DNA from: Selaginella moellendorffii
Lineage: Eukaryota; Plantae; Lycopodiophyta
Reading direction: 5' to 3'
Assembly: GCF_000143415.4 (NCBI RefSeq)
Contig: NW_003314319.1
Location: forward strand, 958,365 to 1,022,364
DNA: 64,000 bases
Of this stretch, positions 55,398-64,000 are shown one piece after another. Below the pieces are notes generated by a model. The model worked only from the letters and a program-made list of their open reading frames with translations, was not told where the DNA came from and did not search any database. Within the stretch, counting starts at the first letter, position 1, and the number at the start of each line of letters is the position of its first letter. The position numbers and the translations under genes are program-made.

Positions 55398-55525
55398 CTG
55401 GCTCTAATCTCGTCAATATCGTTGGAGTTTCTGCAAGAACGTATGAATCCCGCAACGGAGACCATAAACTGGAAAGTTCTATAGAAACGAAGAAAATTTG
55501 ATAGCACAGAAAACACAAAACCAAG
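55398..55525 (-). pseudogene. Duplicated 5' fragment of the PPR gene at 50508-52145
   Basis: ctggctct.atctcgtcaa.atcg.tggagttt..gcaagaacgtatgaatcccgcaa...ccataaactggaaagtt matches 52012-52146. Confidence 0.8.
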
Positions 55526-55737
55526 GGACGAATTTGCGCGCTACTAACTAGGTACAAGGTTATTGGCCGTAGCTAAGATCGAGGAGGCAAAATTATTTCG
55601 TAACAAAAAGAGGGACCTTAAGAAGGAAAAAAAAAATCCAAAGCCAGCGAGGAGAGAGGAATAAAGAAAAAAACGGAAAGAACAAATGAAATGAAGGCGA
55701 GAACACTTATCATCGATAGAGGGGCGGTAGTAGTAGA

Positions 55738-56753
55738 TCAACACTCACAGCCAGACGATCTTGGCAGTCTATTGTTGTTTGTAATGTCGATCGTGTCCGG
55801 AAGATAGCTGCGAGAATTACATCGAAACTTAGCGCTTGAAAGATCACAAACAAGCAAACTTACAAGTCTTCCTCCGGTTCGCTCCTCAAGGCATTTTTGG
55901 CGATGCATTGAAAGGCAGCCTCTACGTTGTAGTCTTCCTTGGCAGACGTCTCAAAGTATGGGATGTTTCCCTTGGAAGCACACCAGGCCTTGGCTTTCTT
56001 CTCGGAAACCTGGAGACACAAGCGTAAGAGAGAGTGAGAGAGAAGCGAGAGAGATTGAGCGCTAGCACTCACCACTCTACTGTTCCCTCCATCTACGTCG
56101 ACCTTGTTGCCGAGAACAATGAAAGGGAAGTTCTCTGGATCGGAGGGACTTGCCTGGAGACTGGTTTAGAGACTGATAAAGAGCTTTCAAGCATCTCATT
56201 TTACCTGGATGAGGAACTCTTCTCGCCAGTTGTCCAAGTTGTCGAACGATTTCATCACATTCACGTCGTATACCAACACGCAGCAATCAGCACCTCGATA
56301 GAATGCCACACCGAGGCTTTGGAATCGCTCTTGACCGGCTGTGTCCCATATCTGGAAAACCAAAATCCCAATTCGTAAGAAGAAAGAAATTTTTTTGGAG
56401 CAAAGATCACGACCCACCTGCATCGTCACTAGCCTGTCCTCCACTTGAACCTCCTTGGTGAGAAAATCGGCTCCAATAGTAGCCTTGTACTGGTTGCTAA
56501 ACTTCTTATTCACATATCTAAGAGTAGCGTCAAGGCATCAAACAAGAGAGAAACAAAGAGATTTCGCAGCTCGATCACAGCGAGAAAACAACCAATAGGA
56601 TACTGATTCATTAGCGATGTCTTCCCGACTCTGCGCAAGAATCACACAGATTGAGCTCGATTACTCACTCATCCCTTAGAAATCGATTATAGACCCATAC
56701 CCGCTGTCGCCGAGAATGATCGCCTTGAGGAGAGTTCGCTTCCTGGACGCCAT
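55738..56753 (-). CDS. RAB7: Rab7/RabG3 small GTPase, multi-exon
   Basis: [43 protein letters not shown] and C-terminal GCEC. Confidence 0.96.
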
Positions 56754-56992
56754 GCTGAGCTCGCGCTAGAAATCCCGGCACAGATCAGGCGTTGCGCATC
56801 ACCAGTGGAACTCTCTCCACAAAGAATCCAGCAAACCCTACGACAGCGATGAACCCCGTGTTGCCCTAATATTAAGGGTAGTGTATCTTTTCTTTTTTGC
56901 CTGTGACGTGTCGACAGACGTGGCAATTCCTCTTTTTCTCTCACCCGCGCGAATCTCCGCCGTTGTTTTTTCAACGGCTGCAGATTGCTCAC

Positions 56993-59900
56993 TCACTGAA
57001 GCTTTTGACGCTTTTTGTTTTTGTTGTGGCCTTCTTGTTTCTCCGGAAAGCTCGACAGCTTCTTTCTTATCTCGCTGAGCTTCGCTCCAGCATCTTTGAA
57101 AAGAGCATTTGTGCTCAGTGCTAGCAAGTCCTGGATGATCAAAGAAAAAAGAAGGTCAAAATCTCGTTCCTCGTCAAGAGTTATCTGGTACCTGTACGTA
57201 GCTCATTGCGGCAATGTTGCGTCCAAGGACGTTTTTAAAGCTCTGAAAATCCACAGGCCAGAAAACATGAGGGAAAGATAGGAAGAAAAGTTTACCCGCA
57301 CGCTGCCGTGAATTTCTTGAACACTGGTTACAATTGCACGGGCTGATGGTGTTGCAATGAGTTGTTCATGGTGGATGCGTAGTAGCATCGTCGCTACTCT
57401 TCCTACAATTTCCACCTTTCAACATAAAAAACACACGAGTCAGTGAAAGCAAGATCCAAACACGAAAGAAGCTTGTACCTGACTACCATCGGGTATCCAC
57501 TGCTTGACGTATTCCAGCAGCTTCAACGCATCCGAAAATGGGAGCATCTATAGAAGAAAAGTTAAGAACTTGTAGCAAAAACAAACGAGAGTTCATACCA
57601 GGAAGGCTTGCTCGAGATCACTAGGCCGGACCGAAGTAACAGCACGAAGGACGTAGGCAGCGGGTGAGAGACCGAGCATCATAACGTTGGGTTGGAACTT
57701 CGTTTTTTCTCCAGCCTCCTGCAAATACATGCATGAAATGGTGATCATCTTTTTGGAGTTACACCAACCTTGTGCTCCAAAATCTTTTTCCTTTCTTCCT
57801 CGGCCAAGTCCAAGGCGTCGATGATAGAGTCCGCAGCAGACACGGTATCCTGCGTCTTTCGTCCGGCCAAACCAGAAGCTCCTTCTTCCGGAGCTTCTTG
57901 CCTAGGCGCTCTCGAATCGTCTAGCTCGGAATCAAACCGTGCCTCCAGTTGCTTTTCTCTTTCTTCCTGTGAAGTACTCACTTAGCAAGCCACCACCAGA
58001 TTTAAAACGCTACCTCTATGAAGAAAGGTTCTTCTGTCCGCTCCCACCGGCGTATCGATCTGTCATGCGATCCGGTGATAATAAAATCTCCGTAGAAACT
58101 CACTGCAAGGCACCAGATCTCGGCGTGGTGTCCCTCCAGTCTTAACAGGTGCTGGAACTTGTCCGCATCCCAGTAGTTGACAACTCGGTCTTTACCAACG
58201 CTGAAAATGTAATGGGTGTTTGGAACAAACTTCAGTGCCATAACACTGTCGTGATGAGCGAAGAGAGACTTGTGGCAGTCTCCAAAGTCCATTCCCCAGA
58301 TCTTCATATTCTTATCCGCAGAACCGGAGGCAAGTAGAGCTCCATCGCTCGAAATATCGATGCAAAGGACGGGAAGCTTGTGCCCGTAGAGCGAGAGATA
58401 AAACTTCAAGCTATCTGTAAAAAAGATCTGCTTTGCAACATGAATCGTCAGCGTCACAGCCAAAACAAAGTCACTCACTTTCACAGTGGAGTCGAGAAGC
58501 GCAACAGCCAGATACTTTCCATCCGGACTTACACGAACAGCAAGAACATCCTCGGCCATTCTTAGAGTACGCACATTCTCAATAGTAAGCTGCTTGAATG
58601 CCTGGAACTTGTCCACGTCAAAATCCACACACGAAGATTAAATACAAGAGTTACCTTGTCGTCCGCTTGAACAAGATCAAACCTCCAAAACTTCACGTCA
58701 TTATCTGCGCTCCCGGTGACAAAGCCTTCACCATTTGGTAGAGCTGACACGGACCACACCGCTCCAGAGTGGGCTTCCACAGCTCTCACTCTCTCCCCTG
58801 ATCGAACGTCGAAAATCTCCAAAGCTCCCGTCTTGGTCCCAACGATGGCGTGATGGTTGCCAGGACCAAACAAGCCACACAGACCGTAGCCAGCCTCCAT
58901 TGTCCGCAAGCAAGAACCTGTCGTTGGATTCCAGATCTTCACTGCATTGTGGCTGGTCGTCAGGAGCAGCGTGCCATCCATTGTGAGCACCGCCGAGCGG
59001 ACGTCCGACCTGTGACCAGGGAGATCGATGGAGTGGACTTTGGCCGACGATTCTGCTTGCACTTCGTGGACTTCCAAGCTGTTGTTGTGCAGTGAAACCG
59101 CCAGCGTGCACATCACTTCTTTCCTCGAGTGTAGAGGAGAGATAGCAAACGATCTCGCCTTGTGTTTCAGTCGAACGATTTGTAGAAGCCGGATATAGTC
59201 CGATGCCTGGAACTCGTTACCATCTTCCGGCTCTGTCACTGCTACGTTTTCCGGTTTCTCAGTCTTGTCAGCCTTCTCTCTCTTTCTCCGTTTCCTCCTC
59301 TTGGCCTTCTTTAACGCTTCCTTGTCGTCATGCAAGGAGTAAACCTCCAAAGACTTCCCGGCACACTGGCAACCGAGAAGCGTTCCCAGCTCGTTGAATC
59401 TCAAAGTGACTACTCGATCGTGGCTTTGTTTCTTCACGTCTCCCAGAAGCTGGAGCACCTCCCACTTTCCCGGATCGCTGGAAGGCTCGCTTGATACTTG
59501 GAAGAGCCTGAGTTCCATGTCCGCACCACCAGTGACGACGTAGCGCTCCAGAGGATCCACATCGAGTGACCAGACTTCACTGCGGTGGCTCACGATCGTC
59601 TGGACGCAAGCTTGCGTTTGTATGTCCCACACACGAACGAAAGTATCCTTGGACGAGGTGAGAAGCTTGTTCCCATTCTCAATGAAAACAACATCAGTCA
59701 CCTGGAAGAAAATCACGTCTAAGGAACAGAAAGAATGAATGAATGAAACTACGAGTGACTTACCTGGTCTCTGTGACCTTGAAGACGAAACAACCCAGTC
59801 TCGCCTACCGTATCCCACACAATAACGTCAGTGTCTTTGCTTCCAGTGGCAAGCAAGGAGCCATTTTTATTGTATCTCAAGGCAGTCACTGCTCCTCGGT

Positions 59901-60282
59901 GGCTGTTCATGGTTGATTCACACGCTCCCTTGACGATGTCCCAGATTCTAAGTGACCCATCGGAGTAGCCACTCGCAACCTCGAGTAGACGAAAAAAATC
60001 ATCAAGCGAAGAGAAATGGAAGACAAGAATGTGGGAGCTTACCAGTGAGGAAGAGGCAGGCGTACATGCGATAGCAGTGACGGCGGGCCTGGAGCCTGAT
60101 TCGGGGAGAGAGGGCGCGAGAGAATGCACGCAGAGTCCCTGCTTGACGTTCCAGACGAGGAGCTTGTCGAGAGCGCCGGCGATGAGGAGCTTCCCTGTGC
60201 TATCGTAGCACAGATTCGATTCCGCCGACACAACCACACCGAAAGAATTGCATTCCTCGTAGCGGAGGTAGGACTTCACCAT
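56993..60282 (-). CDS. UTP12: WD40 SSU processome protein DIP2/UTP12/WDR3, multi-exon
   Basis: MVKSYLRYE, many WD40 repeats, LPGHRSDVR, LSLYGHKLPVLCIDIS and a C-terminal Dip2/Utp12 domain (SDLEQAFL..LPFSDAL). Confidence 0.94.
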
Positions 60283-60290
60283 GACTAAAA

Positions 60291-60310
60291 AAACCCTAAA
60301 CCCTAACCTA
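60291..60310. promoter_or_regulatory. Tandem telo-boxes immediately upstream of UTP12
   Basis: aaaccctaaaccctaaccta 9 bp upstream of the ATG. Telo-boxes are typical of plant translation and ribosome-biogenesis genes. Confidence 0.65.
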
Positions 60311-63300
60311 CTTTCTTAAGTTAAGAAATTGTAAAATATTTTAAATTTTTAAACATTACTACTTAAAAAAATTATATTGCAACTAAAATTTAAAATCAGG
60401 TTGGATTCACATTAAATTTAATAATTCATTAATAAAAATGATAATATCAAGACTTATGAATATAGTTACCATGTATATTATTTGTTATATGTCATCCATA
60501 TAAACACTTATTATTTTTATGACATTTGTGAAGTCAAAATATTTGTATTATTTTTCTTAATTATATATTTTTTAATATAATTTTTCATTATATTTATATA
60601 TATAGTTAAAATTAATTATATGAATGGCAATTCAAGTTACTCCAAAAGAGCTAATAATTTTTTAACATTCATAATATAGTGTGAGTTCTGCTTTTTTTAG
60701 TTTTTATATACAAAATTTTATTTATTTTTAAATCAGTATGCTAAAAGTGAATTATGAAAAAATTAAATTTCCGGGAGAAAAAGAATAAATAAAATTCTAA
60801 AATTCAAACTTATGGATATTTAATTTAAAAGATATAATTTTAGTTAGAAACCACTGTACAGAAAATTATGTTTAGAATAAATAATTATAAGTAAGAAAAG
60901 TAAAATGAATTTTTTTTGACATTTTAAAATAGTGATAAAAATTATAGGTATAATAACCTTTATTGGAATCAATAAATGAAAACAACAAAAAACATACATA
61001 TTTTAAAATCTATAAATGACTACCACAAATAATTAAAATTTGACACCAAAACCCAGCTAACTTCACCGAAGTTTGCTGTTCCACAAAAGAAAACATCAAC
61101 TACCTTCACCAATCACTTACAGAACACGCAACCATGCCTCCTCCAGCAAATGCCATGACCAACATTAGCAAAACTTTCACCCCTTCAACAAAATTCCAAG
61201 TAGAAGATTTGGGCCATTCAACCCCAACGGATACATTAATTTCAATACCACATCTAGGCCATTCATCCAACATCAATCCGAAAAGCTCATCTCCAACCAC
61301 CTCAAAGAATCCGAACCGACCACACCACCCACATCTGACAAAGCAAATTAAGCCTCCAGCAACTTCAAATCCTAGGACCAAGAACACAGCAAACCCTAGT
61401 GAGGAACACAAGGATCACGGAGTAGGAGCAGGAGTAGTAGCCATGCCTCAGCCATAGAGTCAGGTATGCCATGGTTATGACGAGATCAGGAAGGAGTACG
61501 AGGATAAACTCTGCGACCTGAGCTACTGCACCCATAAATTGTTCGAAGCCCTCAATCAACGCATGCACCGTGAGCAAGCGAACCACTTCCCAACACCAAC
61601 TGACATCTCACAGCACCTTCTCAAGCAAGACTTCATATACACCTAGGGAGCAATCAAGAAGGAGTTCTACAAGCCTTAAACCACTAGCTTGACACTCAGC
61701 TCGAGAAGATGAAGCAAATCTGTACCGACCTCTAGGACATCAGGAAGATCATCTTCAAGTAGCCATCAACCCCATCAGCAGCTCACAAATTCACCTACAA
61801 ATTCAAGTACAAAGAGCTTAACACTTGCTATCGGAAGCTCGAGGATGATCATACCACCCTCCTGGCCAAGGTAGCCGAGCTCCAGGAAGATTGGGATAGA
61901 TCCACCAGATAGTGTCCCCAACCATGAGCTTACACTCTTGCAGTAGAAGCATCACCTTTATCGATTTGAGCAACAATAGCAACAAGCGATGAAGACTGAC
62001 TACATTCGCACCAAGGACGGTGTCTAGTTTTGTTAGGGGAGCAGAGTGTATCAACCAAAAACCCAGGCTTAGGGGACTCCAACCTTGAAGCCAAAGCTGC
62101 ATCAGAGCCATAGATTTCATCATGCACAGCATATACCATTCATTAGCATATAGAACTACCAGCCTTTCAAGGGAAAAATCCGAGTTGTGGATCCCCATCT
62201 CCATTCATCATTTTCATATTAATATATAGTATTCATTCACTCATCTTCCTTTCTCAGCCCCTAGAGATCAAGCCCTTTTCCCCTTCTGTTTTCTCATTAG
62301 TAGTAGATATCCAGCGAAGAGGAGTATCCACACCTCTTCAATAATATAAATTTTTATCAAGAAATTGTGATATATATATAGAGCAAGTTAATTATATTAT
62401 TTCCAAATAAGATTTACATAACCATACATTAGGGTTAAAGTTTGTGCAAATTTTAGGGTTTAAATGATTATGGCACCTTTCACAAAATTTATGCACAGTT
62501 TATATAGTTAATGATATCTTAAATTGAATATTTTATTTAAAATATTTATATTTTAATTATATTTATATTTTGTTTATAATTGTATTATGATTTCAAGGGT
62601 TTTAGACCAGTTTGTGGGTATCAATTTAACAATGATAATTTTCACCCAAATTAAATTTTCAAATTAGCTTAAGGTTGGACTAAATTAGTTTTCAACAAAT
62701 CATTCTTCTTCCTTTCTTTTTTCTTTCTTTAGTAGTTTTTATTGTCTCTTTTTCTTTTAACAATGTACTTTAACAATTAAAACACTCTTTGATCTATAAC
62801 TTTCCTAAATCCTTTTTCACCTCTAATCAAATCTTGATGCTTTATACAAGTTATATCATGTGTTAGAGCAATCTAATACAATTATCCATTCACAACTTCA
62901 ATAAATTCTTCAACATTAACAACATTTTCCTAATTTTGAGCCAAAAATTAGTATAGCAACAAAGTTTAATGGGATGTAATCCAAGTTCTATAACTTCCTC
63001 AACCAAATCAAGTTTTTAGTTACTATACAACTTAGACAATAGTCCATTTTAACTTTTTATATGAGACTTGGCTGATATTTCACTTCAACTTTTTATTATG
63101 AGACCCTTTCCTAGTTTTCGGCTCTTTTTGAAAAGAGTGATTATGTTCTTCAAGATTTTGATTTCTTTGATCAACACTTCTCTAGTATATTTAACAATAC
63201 TGATTAAAACTGAAGTACCATTAGCAGGTTATAATAATTGTGCAAAAGCTCCAAATCTGCATTTATTTATGCATTGGAATTCCAGATGGTCATCACTAAT

Positions 63301-64000
63301 ATTTCATGGAATAATATAGCTCTCAAGAAACAATTATACCTTGACCTTTGTGAGGTTGTTACAGATCTAGTGTTTTCTGCCTTTGTGAAGTTGTTAAAGA
63401 TCTTATGCTTTCTCATCTAAATACAATATTTCTACTGTTTACAATTAATCATTATGTTTACTATAATAATCAATATTATTAAAACATTGTCACAAATATT
63501 TTTTGTTTGCTTAAGCAAACCTGTAAGAGGACTGAGATGGTAGTGAATATACCTCAAATATGCTTGAATATTCTAGGATATTTTACCATCTAACTCATTT
63601 AGATTAATCTTGTATTTATAATTTATAAACTTTCTTAAACCCTTTCTAGTATATTCTGTTTTATTCTACCATGTGCTATAAGATTAATCTTGTGTTTATA
63701 AATTACAAAAATGCTTATAATTATAAACTTTTCTTGATCAATTAGATTAATAAGTAGGAATAACACCACTATTAAACAAACCAAATGTTACTACATAAAA
63801 CATGTAGCAAATTATTTCCTCATCCAATGGTCTTAGTCTTTGACCAACCAACACATGACCAAAATGCAATTTCAATGGAGATTAGAGCTACATGTTAACA
63901 ATGTCGTTCCAATGTTAAATGATGATGCCAAATAAAAAATCATGCAAACCACTTCCATGAACAATATCCTTTTACTCTTACGCTTGTGTGGTTGATGTAA
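60311..64000. other. AT-rich, CpG-poor region with decayed coding-like relics (probable old transposable elements)
   Basis: Abrupt drop in GC content. Stop-riddled coding-like tracts at ~61100-62000 (+) and ~62700-63500 (-). No diagnostic domain recognised. Confidence 0.5.

Noticed and set aside
60291-60310. Telomere
   Set aside because: Only 2-3 units directly upstream of an ATG, matching the telo-boxes seen at other promoters in the window.

Overview
Gene-dense nuclear DNA from a land plant with very short GT-AG introns, tiny intergenic gaps, telo-box promoters and intronless PLS-class PPR genes. These traits point to a lycophyte such as Selaginella (inference). About 30 protein-coding genes are recognisable: EMI1-like, plastid RPL34, three PLS-PPRs, an At5g64816-like protein, a four-domain Cav/Nav/NALCN-type channel, intronless LIG4, USP, a type I-like MADS gene, purine permease, panB, three epoxide hydrolases, an orphan 6-exon gene, PsaN, a RING E3, ANP32, COX5C, SOUL, TMX2, CDC123, IscA, SWI3, URT1, RAD5, Rab7 and UTP12. 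A decayed Ty1/copia relic lies at about 11.7-14.6 kb, and an AT-rich decayed region fills the window after 60.3 kb. The most notable item is the apparently intact 24-TM channel (5135-11407), a family absent from flowering plants. It combines an E-E-D-D selectivity filter, charge-poor S4 helices and an EF-hand-like/IQ tail. Also notable are the orphan gene with restriction-endonuclease-fold-like motifs and a rearranging epoxide-hydrolase/PPR module. Exon boundaries were read by eye and are approximate.
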